A stretch of DNA of 64,000 nucleotides from the NCBI GenBank assembly GCA_052034955.1, contig JBPOHZ010000006.1:23009-87008 (forward strand), read 5' to 3'. Positions 38,995-48,163 of this stretch are shown here, in pieces. The notes beneath the pieces are model-generated. The model ran no database searches and was not told where the DNA came from. It saw nothing but the letters and a program-made list of their open reading frames with translations. Origin of the DNA: Candidatus Saccharimonadota bacterium (lineage in GTDB: Bacteria; Patescibacteriota; Saccharimonadia; Saccharimonadales; AWTP1-31). The translations under genes and the position numbers were made by a program. Within the stretch, counting starts at the first letter, position 1. Each line of letters begins with the position of its first letter.

Positions 38995-40217
38995 TATTTA
39001 TTCTCGCTATCTACATACATTTTTATTGGGGCCTGAACAATGCCTTCGACATTCTTCCGAACTCCGAAAACAGAGAACGATGCCAAGTTACGTTTCTTGA
39101 ATAATTTAGTTTGAGCCGTATCCACTGCGTCAGACACCCCTAAGGTAAAGTAGTAAACACCGTTGGTAAGTACGTTCTGTACATCGATAGCAATTACTTT
39201 TTCTTCTCCGGCTTTTAGTGAGTAGTTGTCAATATTCTCGCGGGAGTCAAAGACCATTACAAGTAGGCCTTCAGTGTTTCTGACATTCAGCCCAAAGAAA
39301 GCTTCCTTAACGTCTTTGTCACTCTTCTGACGGACAATGATCTTCATATTCTCATGAGTCTCTACGTTCTTGGTAAGCTTGCTGTCTACTCGAACTTCTA
39401 CACTGGCGTCTATTTTAGCTACTGGCTTCTCGGTTGTGTCTTTCTCGGCTTTCTTCTCTCGCTTTTCGACCTCTTCCTTCATGATCATATCTTCGTAGAT
39501 ACCAGCAATTTGGCTACTTGTGCCAATGGCCTGAACTTCGCCTTGTTCCAGCAAAAGGGCTCGATCGCAGAATCGTTCGATCATTGGCATGCTATGTGAC
39601 ACAAGAATGATGGTTCTTTTATCCCGCTTTAGTGTTGCAAAGTAGTCAAAGCACTTCTGCTGGAAAGATGCGTCTCCAACGGCGAGTACTTCGTCCAGCA
39701 AGAGAATGTCTCCTTGGGCACGAATAGCAATCGAAAATGCTAATCGAACTTGCATGCCAGAAGAGTAGTTCTTTAACATCTGGTCCATAAAGTCTGTTAG
39801 CTCAGCAAATTCGACAATGTCATCATACATCGCCTCCATCTCTTTACGACTAAAGCCGAGCAGGGCGCCATTAAGAAAAACGTTATCCCGGCCACTAAGT
39901 TCTGGGTTAAAGCCCACTCCGAGCTCAATAAACGGAACTAGTGAACCGTTTACTGTAATGTGTCCCCTGTTTGGTGTATAAACACCGGCGATACACTTTA
40001 GAAGAGTACTTTTACCACTGCCGTTACGACCAACTATGCCAAAGAACTCGCCCTTTTTAATCTCAAAGCTAACGTCCTTAAAGGCCGTCTGAACTTCGTA
40101 ACTATTGCCCTTGAAGCTTTGCAGGAACGAACCCTTTAAAGAAGTTTGTTTCTCATGAGGTAGCTTAAAAGTTTTACTTACGTTATCGATCTTTAGTGCA
40201 ACATTTTGGTCTGCCAT
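38994..40217 (-). CDS. Polysaccharide/teichoic-acid-type ABC exporter ATPase (Wzt/TagH/RgpD-like) with C-terminal beta-domain
   Basis: Walker A GRNGSGKST, signature YSSGMQVRL, Walker B LLLDEVLAVGD. About 150 extra C-terminal residues resembling the Wzt glycan-binding domain. Confidence 0.88.
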   Translation of the reverse strand: MADQNVALKIDNVSKTFKLPHEKQTSLKGSFLQSFKGNSYEVQTAFKDVSFEIKKGEFFGIVGRNGSGKSTLLKCIAGVYTPNRGHITVNGSLVPFIELGVGFNPELSGRDNVFLNGALLGFSRKEMEAMYDDIVEFAELTDFMDQMLKNYSSGMQVRLAFSIAIRAQGDILLLDEVLAVGDASFQQKCFDYFATLKRDKRTIILVSHSMPMIERFCDRALLLEQGEVQAIGTSSQIAGIYEDMIMKEEVEKREKKAEKDTTEKPVAKIDASVEVRVDSKLTKNVETHENMKIIVRQKSDKDVKEAFFGLNVRNTEGLLVMVFDSRENIDNYSLKAGEEKVIAIDVQNVLTNGVYYFTLGVSDAVDTAQTKLFKKRNLASFSVFGVRKNVEGIVQAPIKMYVDSENK

Positions 40218-41035
40218 TATATGTCCTCCGCAAAGTATTTGGACTTACTTCTGAAATAGGCTGTGCTAACTAATCCAACTATGACTATAACGGCGAGTGG
40301 CAACAATATAGCCAGACTCGTTCCGTAAACATCATTAATCTGAATACTCTTGTCGTAGGTAACTATCGACCTGGCATCCTGAATGATCTGTCCAATGGGG
40401 TTAATTAGTAATACCTTACGCACAAGCTCGTAAGGGATTAAGGTAAGAGGATAGATGATAGGAGTCATGTAAAAGAACGCTTGCCTAACAACATCCCAGA
40501 TATGTTCGATATCACGATATTTGACATATACGGCAGATAGGAAGAATCCTATTGATACCGAGAAGGCGATTAGCTCAACAAGAAGTAGTGGCATAAACAC
40601 AGCCGTTCGCCATGATAGGGCGTCTGGATTTACAAACAGTACAAAAATAAAAACAACCGTCAGGTTAAGTAGCATGTTAATAAATGCTGATGCAATGACT
40701 GATATCGGGATCAGGTATCTTGGAATGTTTATCTTTCTGATCAATGAACCCCTGGATACAATAGACTGCAGGGCGCTTGATGTAGACTCGATGAAGAAGT
40801 TCCAAAGCACCAGGCCAAGCAACAAAGATAGAGGGTAATTAGGGACTCCCTTTCCGATATGCAAGAACTTGGTGAACACAATATACATGATCAGAAACAG
40901 AAGCAAAGGCTTGAGAAGTGACCATAAATATCCAAGAATTGAACCCTGATATCGAAGTTTAAAATCTGTTCTAACCATTTCCTTAAGCAGGATCCGGTTC
41001 TTCAAAGAGAATGCGTTTTGTAGTGGTTTTATCAT
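40217..41035 (-). CDS. ABC-2 type polysaccharide exporter permease (Wzm/TagG/RgpC-like)
   Basis: 272 aa, 6 helices. Adjacent to the ATPase gene and overlapping it by 1 nt. Confidence 0.85.
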   Translation of the reverse strand: MIKPLQNAFSLKNRILLKEMVRTDFKLRYQGSILGYLWSLLKPLLLFLIMYIVFTKFLHIGKGVPNYPLSLLLGLVLWNFFIESTSSALQSIVSRGSLIRKINIPRYLIPISVIASAFINMLLNLTVVFIFVLFVNPDALSWRTAVFMPLLLVELIAFSVSIGFFLSAVYVKYRDIEHIWDVVRQAFFYMTPIIYPLTLIPYELVRKVLLINPIGQIIQDARSIVTYDKSIQINDVYGTSLAILLPLAVIVIVGLVSTAYFRSKSKYFAEDI

Positions 41036-41146
41036 AAGTGCAGGGCTTATTATACATGCATAATCGTCTTGTGGCCCGTGTTTAAAGTTGTATTTTATTC
41101 AATTCTCTCTGCATGGGGTTAGGTTGGGTTGGGTTATAGTATTGGT

Positions 41147-42115
41147 ATGACCAAAGTAGCAGTCGTAATACCCAACTGGAATGGCGCCGATTTTATCGCC
41201 GACTGTTTAAGATCCTTGGAAAAACAAAGTTTAAAGCCGGATATATTCGTAGTAGACAATGGTTCGGTTGATAATTCTGTAAAAATTATCAAAGACTTTC
41301 CTAAAGTTAAATTGTTAGAGTTTCCAGACAATGCTGGATTTGCTGGTGGGGTAAACAGAGGCTTAAATAGAGTGATCGAGAATACTGAATATGAATACGT
41401 GGCACTACTAAATAACGATGCTGTTGCCGAAAAAGATTGGCTTAGTAATTTGGTCAGCGCCGCAGACAAGAAACAAGATGTTGGAATTGTAACCGGCAAA
41501 CTAATGCGGATGGATAAAATGCATATCGACAGCACTGGCGAGATGTATTCTAGATGGGCCATTCCATCGCCTAGAGGTCGCAATCAAATAGATAAGGGGC
41601 AGTACGACAAAGGCGAATATATCTTTGCAGCCAGTGGCGGAGCAAGTCTGTACAGAATTGAAACTTTACAACAAATCGGTTTGTTCGATGAGGACTACTT
41701 TGCTTATTACGAGGATGTCGATATCAGTTTCCGAGCACAATTAGCTGGTTGGAAGGTATGGTATCAACCAACATCTGTCGCCTATCACCTAGTAGGCGCG
41801 ACTTCATCTAAGCATGGACATTTTGCCCGATATCATAGCATCAAGAATACAATCCTGCTTTATAACAAAAATATGCCTGGAAAATTATTCTGGAAATATA
41901 AAATTCTGTTCTTTGTTAGGCTTGCTCAAATGGCTGCAGGTGCATTACGAGACGGAATACCTCATGTATATCTAAAGGCACTTTTCCAAGGAATTTTCTT
42001 AATTCCATCTACTTTAAGAAAGCGACGCAAAATACAATCTACTCGCAAAGTTACACCCGAGTATATAAACCAAATGTTGCTTTCCGGTTTGCCGCCAAAA
42101 ATACCTAAAATATAA
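41147..42115 (+). CDS. GT2 glycosyltransferase, WbbL-like (rhamnosyltransferase-type pattern)
   Basis: VAVVIPNWNG, VVDNGSVDNS, NAGFAGGVNRG, LLNNDAV, ASGGASLYR, YYEDVDISFRA. The track ORF starts at 41129; ATG 41147 fits the family start. Confidence 0.85.
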   Translation: MTKVAVVIPNWNGADFIADCLRSLEKQSLKPDIFVVDNGSVDNSVKIIKDFPKVKLLEFPDNAGFAGGVNRGLNRVIENTEYEYVALLNNDAVAEKDWLSNLVSAADKKQDVGIVTGKLMRMDKMHIDSTGEMYSRWAIPSPRGRNQIDKGQYDKGEYIFAASGGASLYRIETLQQIGLFDEDYFAYYEDVDISFRAQLAGWKVWYQPTSVAYHLVGATSSKHGHFARYHSIKNTILLYNKNMPGKLFWKYKILFFVRLAQMAAGALRDGIPHVYLKALFQGIFLIPSTLRKRRKIQSTRKVTPEYINQMLLSGLPPKIPKI

Positions 42116-42124
42116 GGACATTAG

Positions 42125-42601
42125 ATGAGCGAGACAATTCCATCAGTAACTCCAAAATTCGAAAAAGCTCCAATTTCTTTTGGCCAGTTGGTTGAAGAAG
42201 GTTTTGTAGGGTCTGATGGAAACATTAAGGATGGTAGACTTTCGGTTGTGGTTGGTGTTGAACAGGGCTTTGATAGTAAAGGTCTTAACATCAGTGTTGG
42301 TCATATTATTGGTGACCCAAATGATGAGGTTGAAAGGAAGATGACTTTTCCTGGAAGTGTCGGATATGGTTCTGTAATTTCGCGGGTACCTGGATTTGAT
42401 AAACCTTGGACAGTAAATGAGATAGCTGCAGCCCATCTAAGGTTTAACGGCAGTGATCCAGATGATCCATCCAATTCAAATAAACTAGAAAGTATTGTTA
42501 CTATGCTAGCTAGTTATGCGCCGGGTGGAGAACACTCTTTTGAAGGCCAAACACTCTATGATTTCTTAGTACCAGCTAGCTCTTTAGATGTTAACGAATA
42601 A
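42125..42601 (+). CDS. Hypothetical cytoplasmic protein
   Basis: 158-aa ORF, acidic, no TM. The 3' end overlaps the convergent membrane-protein gene by 46 nt. No family recognised. Confidence 0.45.
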   Translation: MSETIPSVTPKFEKAPISFGQLVEEGFVGSDGNIKDGRLSVVVGVEQGFDSKGLNISVGHIIGDPNDEVERKMTFPGSVGYGSVISRVPGFDKPWTVNEIAAAHLRFNGSDPDDPSNSNKLESIVTMLASYAPGGEHSFEGQTLYDFLVPASSLDVNE

Positions 42602-44058
42602 ATATAAAGCAGAATAAAAATCAGATAAATATGTAGGGCATTAGGGTAGCCGCTAAAGAAGTTCCATTGCACTACAAAGGCGATTATCACCGACCATAGC
42701 CACTTGTGATTCTTTAGTCTATAAATAAGTCCGCCAATAATAGCTACAAACAAAGCAATACCAATGATTCCATTTTCCAGAAGTATCTCGGTAAACTCAT
42801 TCTGTACGATCTCGCGCGGGTTTACATCTTTGGGAAACTCATTGCGAAGCGTTGCACCCGAACCGCCAAGGCCAACCCCAACTAAAGTTCGAGATGGGCT
42901 TTTTTTCCAGGACTGGAATGCGAGCTTGGACAGCTTAAGTCTAACGTTTGTAGATTCTTCTACATAACCGTTGTAGTTGGGTAGGACCTTCTTTGGGGTT
43001 GTAGCTTTTGGTGCAACCGGTTTACTAGTTACTTTTTCAGTTTTACTTGGAGCGGTCTTTGTTGGCTTAGATTCTTTCGACTTAGCCTCGACTGGCTTTA
43101 ATTCTACCGGCTTGGACTCATCAGTAATTAGCCCTCTAAGATCAATTAAGCCCAGGGAGAGCTGATCGACACTTGATGATGTCGCTCCGGCAAAAGAAGT
43201 ATCAATCTTGGGGTTCATAGCGGCGGCCGTTCCCCGAAGAAGTAGACAAACCATAAAGCCAGCTAGCAATGTTAGAGATACATTTCTGAGCCCTTTTAAG
43301 GTTGGTCGTAGGGCTACAAACAAAACAACCAAGGCCAATCCAAAACCAAATATTGCGCCACGACTCAAAGACAAGAAAAGGGCAGTTAGGATAATTATCG
43401 AGCTATAGACCACCGACTTGGTACCTCGTCTTAAGAATATTTCACGAAGCGTAACTATTGCTGGCAAGAGCAGTAGATTAGCAAAAAACTGAGGCTCTAC
43501 AGTAAAGACATTTGGACGAGCGAAGCCAAACTGGGTAGGAGTACAGCCCGGACATAAAAGTACTTGTTTGCTGTCTAGCCAGATGCCGGCAAAGATCTGG
43601 GCAATCGACAATAGGCTCATAACTACTGCACTGGCAATAAATATCTTATTAAGAGCAGGGATAATTTTGATCATCTTCTTAGCACTAGCAAGTGTGGCTA
43701 AGAAAATAACATACAATGCACCAATAACTCCTATAGTAAGTACTCCTCGTAGACGACCTGAGCTCCAGAGAACGCTAATACCCGAGACGGACACAAAAGC
43801 CGTAACTAGCCAAACGGCCTTATTCAGGATTAAGTCCTTTTTAGCTCGCCAAACCTTAGGCAACCCAAGAAGGGCCAGCAGGGCAATATATACAACAGTG
43901 ATAGATAACTCAAAGTTACTAACAGAATCTTTACCAAGTCTAACAAGCGGTTTGTAGCTAAACCAAACCACGACCGGCGCTAGCAACCAGGCCTTCTCGA
44001 AGAAAGATAGCTTTAGCCCTTCAACATTTGCAAATTTGGATAATTGTTTTTTAATCAT
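42556..44058 (-). CDS. O-antigen ligase / Wzy_C-like polytopic membrane protein with a Pro/Lys-rich loop
   Basis: 500 aa, about 10-12 helices. Loop LSLSRGAIFGFGL typical of the family. Low-complexity insert at aa 313-358. Confidence 0.7.
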   Translation of the reverse strand: MIKKQLSKFANVEGLKLSFFEKAWLLAPVVVWFSYKPLVRLGKDSVSNFELSITVVYIALLALLGLPKVWRAKKDLILNKAVWLVTAFVSVSGISVLWSSGRLRGVLTIGVIGALYVIFLATLASAKKMIKIIPALNKIFIASAVVMSLLSIAQIFAGIWLDSKQVLLCPGCTPTQFGFARPNVFTVEPQFFANLLLLPAIVTLREIFLRRGTKSVVYSSIIILTALFLSLSRGAIFGFGLALVVLFVALRPTLKGLRNVSLTLLAGFMVCLLLRGTAAAMNPKIDTSFAGATSSSVDQLSLGLIDLRGLITDESKPVELKPVEAKSKESKPTKTAPSKTEKVTSKPVAPKATTPKKVLPNYNGYVEESTNVRLKLSKLAFQSWKKSPSRTLVGVGLGGSGATLRNEFPKDVNPREIVQNEFTEILLENGIIGIALFVAIIGGLIYRLKNHKWLWSVIIAFVVQWNFFSGYPNALHIYLIFILLYIYSLTSKELAGTKKS

Positions 44059-44153
44059 AAGTTTTTTAGTTCTTTAGTATAGTTTACACTACACGAACAA
44101 AATACGAACACTATTGCTTAGGTCAAGATATAAGGCTATTGTAAACTGTAACT

Positions 44154-45260
44154 ATGAAACCACGCCATATTGTCATTGATGCCCGTATCCGACCAAATGC
44201 CGGCGTTGGTCGCTACGCAGATCGATTACTGGAGCAATTACAAATATTAGATTCCGAAAATAAATACACTGTTCTTTTAAATCCAAGTGATTCTTGGCGC
44301 CCAACGGCCAGCAACTTTACCACCCTCCCCTGCCCCTACAAGCAGTTCTCTATCAACCCACTGGAACAGTTCCGTTTTGCTGGTCTTTTGTATAGCTTAC
44401 GACCCAGCCTGGTGCACTTCACTATGACCCAACAGCCCCTGCTCTACTTCGGTAGAATAGTAACTACAACACATGATTTAACCATGCTTCGTTTTACCCG
44501 AGCAGGTAAACACAACATACTATTTCACTGGTTAAGAATGCGTCTGTACCGCTTTATGTTTTGGTGGAGCCACCGTAAGAGCAAAGCTATATTGGTGCCA
44601 AGCAAATACGTAGCCGAAGATCTAGCCAGCCTACAGCCTTTTACCAAAAAGAAAGTAAAAGTTACCTACGAATCTAGCGATCCACTAATCGCCGGCAAAT
44701 CTACCCCCCTGGCTGGAGTATCTAAGCCATTCATCTTCCATACCGGAAGCCCTTTTCCTCATAAGAATCTGGAGCGGCTAGTAAAGGCTTTTGAAATTCT
44801 TTATCCTCACTATCCCAAACTACAACTAGTGCTATCCGGCAAGACCGAACATTACTTTAAAAAACTATCCAAAAAAGTAGACAATAGCCCAGCCAAAGAC
44901 AGAATTGTTATCCCCGGCTTTACTACCGATGCCGAGCTAAAATGGCTCTACCAGAACGCCGAATCCTACGTACTACCAGCCCTTAGTGAGGGTTTTGGAT
45001 TGCCAGGAATAGAGGCCATGGTTCATGGCTGCCCGTTGGTAAGCAGCAACGCTACCTGTCTTCCAGAAGTTTATGGTGATGCCGCATTATTCTTTAATCC
45101 TTTAGATGTAGAGGATATGGCCTTAAAGATAGAGCGCGTTTTAAACGATAAAACATTTGCTCGTGAACTTGTAGCCCGCGAAAAAGAGCAGCTCAAAAAA
45201 TACTCTTGGGAGCGCATGGCACAACAAACTCTCGACGTCTACAAATCAATAAGCAGTTGA
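44154..45260 (+). CDS. Glycosyltransferase, GT-B fold (GT4-like)
   Basis: 368 aa. SEGFGLPGIEAMVHGCPLVSS motif. N-terminal MKPRHIVIDARI typical of the family. Confidence 0.85.
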   Translation: MKPRHIVIDARIRPNAGVGRYADRLLEQLQILDSENKYTVLLNPSDSWRPTASNFTTLPCPYKQFSINPLEQFRFAGLLYSLRPSLVHFTMTQQPLLYFGRIVTTTHDLTMLRFTRAGKHNILFHWLRMRLYRFMFWWSHRKSKAILVPSKYVAEDLASLQPFTKKKVKVTYESSDPLIAGKSTPLAGVSKPFIFHTGSPFPHKNLERLVKAFEILYPHYPKLQLVLSGKTEHYFKKLSKKVDNSPAKDRIVIPGFTTDAELKWLYQNAESYVLPALSEGFGLPGIEAMVHGCPLVSSNATCLPEVYGDAALFFNPLDVEDMALKIERVLNDKTFARELVAREKEQLKKYSWERMAQQTLDVYKSISS

Positions 45261-45781
45261 TCTTTTTCGCAGTTTAACTCAAAGGCAATTTCAACGGCCT
45301 GTCTTGCTTCATCAAGACCAGCGATGATGCGTTCTTGGGTTTGATCATTTAATGGGTTTTGGAGATTAAAGATATCATACTCTCCATAATGTAATTTATC
45401 CCAGGCGACGAATCGTATTGCATTAGCAGCTACGTCTACCGAATGGGCCCTGTCGTTAAAAGGTTGCATTCCTTCATCATCAACAAATTGGGAGTCGTTC
45501 AATCTATCGGCTGCATCCAACATTTTAGGCCAAGGAAATGAGTCCTTTAGTGTGTCCTGCATCAGAGTAACTGTAGATGTACCAATTGCGCCTAATCTTT
45601 GCCCTAAGTCAGAAAGAATTAGGCATGTTTTTTCAGGCGACCAATCTTCATACTCTTTTTTTGACTCTTCTGGAGCGCTGACAGTGGTGGTCGAACTTCG
45701 TTCCATATTGTTTTCGGCACTACACGCACCAAGTAGCAGGTCTAGTGTTAGAGTAGTTGTGGTGATAATGCGGCGTTTCAT
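45239..45781 (-). CDS. Putative lipoprotein, unknown function
   Basis: Lipobox LLLGAC after MKRRIITTTTLTLD. 180 aa. The 3' end overlaps the GT4 gene by 22 nt. Confidence 0.6.
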   Translation of the reverse strand: MKRRIITTTTLTLDLLLGACSAENNMERSSTTTVSAPEESKKEYEDWSPEKTCLILSDLGQRLGAIGTSTVTLMQDTLKDSFPWPKMLDAADRLNDSQFVDDEGMQPFNDRAHSVDVAANAIRFVAWDKLHYGEYDIFNLQNPLNDQTQERIIAGLDEARQAVEIAFELNCEKDQLLIDL

Positions 45782-45789
45782 GAAGATTA

Positions 45790-46245
45790 TTATTTGGGGG
45801 CTTTTAGGACAATATGGCGGTCGCGGCCTTCTCCCACAGATTCGGTGGAGATTCCAAATTCTTCGGCTAACTTATGGATAGTGCGTCGGTCGGCGGCATT
45901 CATCGGTTGGAGCGGCTTATCCTTGCCACTAGTTTTAACCTCATCAAGCCATTCCTTGGCGGCTTCTGCCAGTCGATCAGCCCTAGCCTTCTTGTAGTCG
46001 GCAACATCTACATTAACCCGTGAAATAGCAAAGCCATTATTCTTTAGAGCACTTCCCACTACAAACTGCAAAGATCGTACAGTGTCGCCTTGCTGGCCAA
46101 TTAAGAATCCGTTGAGGTGGGTTGATGGTATATGAAGTTCAATAACTTCGTCGTCACTGCTAGTAGCATAAACATCGATATTCAGGCCAAAGAACGATAA
46201 TAGGTCTTCTATATATTTCTTTGCATAAACGATTGATTCTTCCAT
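45790..46245 (-). CDS. jag: Jag/KhpB-type KH + R3H RNA-binding protein
   Basis: R3H MNAADRRTIHKLAEEFGISTESVGEGRDRHIVL. Located directly downstream of yidC, as is usual. Confidence 0.8.
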   Translation of the reverse strand: MEESIVYAKKYIEDLLSFFGLNIDVYATSSDDEVIELHIPSTHLNGFLIGQQGDTVRSLQFVVGSALKNNGFAISRVNVDVADYKKARADRLAEAAKEWLDEVKTSGKDKPLQPMNAADRRTIHKLAEEFGISTESVGEGRDRHIVLKAPK

Positions 46246-47187
46246 CTACTTCCTCCGTTTTTTACCGCCTTTTTTACCGCTCTTGGCTTTGGTTTTTTGT
46301 TTTGGTTTAGGAGTCGATACAACTTCTGCCTCGATGGCCTGATCTGCTGGCTTTCCTGATAGAGCCTTGCTCTCAACCATCTCTTCCTTGTCCTTGTTCA
46401 AAACTAGTGATTGCTGGATGTAGGCCACAAGTCCGCTAGTTAACCAGTAAAGCGACAATGCCGAGGCGATATTGACTGTCACCAAGAAGATGAAGGCCGG
46501 GAGCATAAACTTAGTACTTCGAGCGACGGCAGCATTAACTTCTGAAGAGTCTGCTTCTTTGCCGCTGCCGGCTTCTTTTAGGATATCCCGCAACCTTCGC
46601 TTGTCATCGCTTTGGGGCATAAGCTGGCTGGCCTGGAAGTACTGTATAACGGCGCTGGCAGCAACAATAAACATAGCTGGCCAATATATTCCGCCACCTT
46701 TATTGATTGCGGCCCGGGTAAGGTCGATAAAGCCAAATAAGGTGCTGTCGAACTTGCTTATATCAGAACCTAGTTCCTTGATCCAGGAGAGGTTATTAAC
46801 GAAGCTATAGCTAAAGTTAAGGATAGCGTTAGGATCCATAACAATTCTGTTAAGGCCGCTATATAGACCAATAAAGATTGGTATCTGGACGATCATCAGA
46901 CCAAGACTAGCAAACGGATTGATTTCTCGCTCTTTGTAGAGCTCCATCATCAGCATAGTTTCTTTTTGCTTATCCCCTGCTGCAGCCTTCTTGATCTTCT
47001 TTAGCTCTGGCTGAAGCTCGCGCATGGCCTTAGCTTGATGTAGCTGCTTCTTAACAAGTGGCCACATCAATAAACGAACTAAGATCGTGAACAAGATAAT
47101 GGCTAGGCCAAAGTTATGGCCAGGTATTAAGGCATAGATAATAACCAAAAGGTTAAAGATGGGTTGAACAATTAGGGTTGTAAACAT
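46246..47187 (-). CDS. yidC: Membrane protein insertase YidC (short Gram-positive type)
   Basis: GLAIILFTILVRLLMWPL, QPELKKIKK, NPFASLGLMIVQIPIFIGLY. Basic C-tail. Confidence 0.9.
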   Translation of the reverse strand: MFTTLIVQPIFNLLVIIYALIPGHNFGLAIILFTILVRLLMWPLVKKQLHQAKAMRELQPELKKIKKAAAGDKQKETMLMMELYKEREINPFASLGLMIVQIPIFIGLYSGLNRIVMDPNAILNFSYSFVNNLSWIKELGSDISKFDSTLFGFIDLTRAAINKGGGIYWPAMFIVAASAVIQYFQASQLMPQSDDKRRLRDILKEAGSGKEADSSEVNAAVARSTKFMLPAFIFLVTVNIASALSLYWLTSGLVAYIQQSLVLNKDKEEMVESKALSGKPADQAIEAEVVSTPKPKQKTKAKSGKKGGKKRRK

Positions 47188-47285
47188 ATTCTCTCTGATC
47201 TCCTAGCGGTAGTTGGATAGTATTTGTAGACTTATGATAGCACGTATGACCGATGTAATAACACCCTTCTAGTCAAGCTTGGCTA

Positions 47286-47633
47286 TTACGACAAACAACC
47301 GGCCTGAAGAAGAAGCTTAGATATTTGATCTTCAATTTCTTTGGCAGGCATAGTTACAAGACTGTCACTGTGAACAGTTAAAACCAGGTCGAAAGGCCTA
47401 GTTATATTGTTTTCATGGCTTCTAACAATCTCGAAAATGCGTCGTCTTATTCGGTTTCGCTTGACGGCTGATTTGCTCACCTTCTTACTAACCACTACAG
47501 CGACTCGGTATTCCTTGCGTCGTTCGTTGAGGGCATACTTTAGGGCAACCGAAGAGGTACGGACTGTTTGACCATTAGAATAAACACCCCTTAAGGCGTT
47601 GTGGCCATGGAAGCGGTGTTTATAGGAAATCAT
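47286..47633 (-). CDS. rnpA: Ribonuclease P protein component
   Basis: VVVSKKVSKSAVKRNRIRRRIFE (RNR motif). 115 aa. Downstream of rpmH. Confidence 0.88.
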   Translation of the reverse strand: MISYKHRFHGHNALRGVYSNGQTVRTSSVALKYALNERRKEYRVAVVVSKKVSKSAVKRNRIRRRIFEIVRSHENNITRPFDLVLTVHSDSLVTMPAKEIEDQISKLLLQAGCLS

Positions 47634-47669
47634 ATCTCTAGTTTACTGTGGCAAGCGCAGAATACTAAA

Positions 47670-47807
47670 TTAGGCGCTAAGCTTGGCTCGGCCCTTGTTG
47701 CGGCGTCGCTGAAGAATATTTCGTCCGGCTTTAGTAGCCATACGCTTCATAAATCCACCTACGCGAGCGCGGTGACGTTTCTTGGGCTGATAAGTTCGTT
47801 TTGGCAT
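47670..47807 (-). CDS. rpmH: 50S ribosomal protein L34
   Basis: Own translation: [45 protein letters not shown] (45 aa). Too short for the ORF track. Confidence 0.9.
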   Translation of the reverse strand: MPKRTYQPKKRHRARVGGFMKRMATKAGRNILQRRRNKGRAKLSA

Positions 47808-48163
47808 TGTTCTAGTGTACCTTTATTTAGTTAGTTTGACCACTGTTCGACTGCTGAACGTGGAAAGCAGTGCTATTGTCTCTTCAACCATCCAATTTGG
47901 CTTAAACAATATTTTCACAATATTACTACAGCGGAAAGTAGAATTAACAATATTTAACCCACTAATTCTATCAACTTTTCCACCATTCGTCTAGTATTGT
48001 CCACAGTTTCTAAGGTGTTAAGTATCTATGTGTATAAGTCATACCCTGAATTTGCTTTTTTTGAAAGCCTTTTGCATTGTCTACTAAAGGTTGTGGAAAA
48101 CCTCCCCCCTTTTATATAGAATGGTGGTAGAAGACATAAAAGTCAGAAACAAAGGGAGCGGAC
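47808..48163. other. oriC, rpmH-dnaA part (DnaA boxes plus AT-rich stretches)
   Basis: Boxes within 1-2 mismatches of TTATCCACA: TTTTCCACC 47976-47984, TTGTCCACA 47997-48005, TGTGTATAA 48029-48037 (rc TTATACACA), TGTGGAAAA 48092-48100 (rc TTTTCCACA). AT-rich runs around 47900-47960. Confidence 0.6.
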
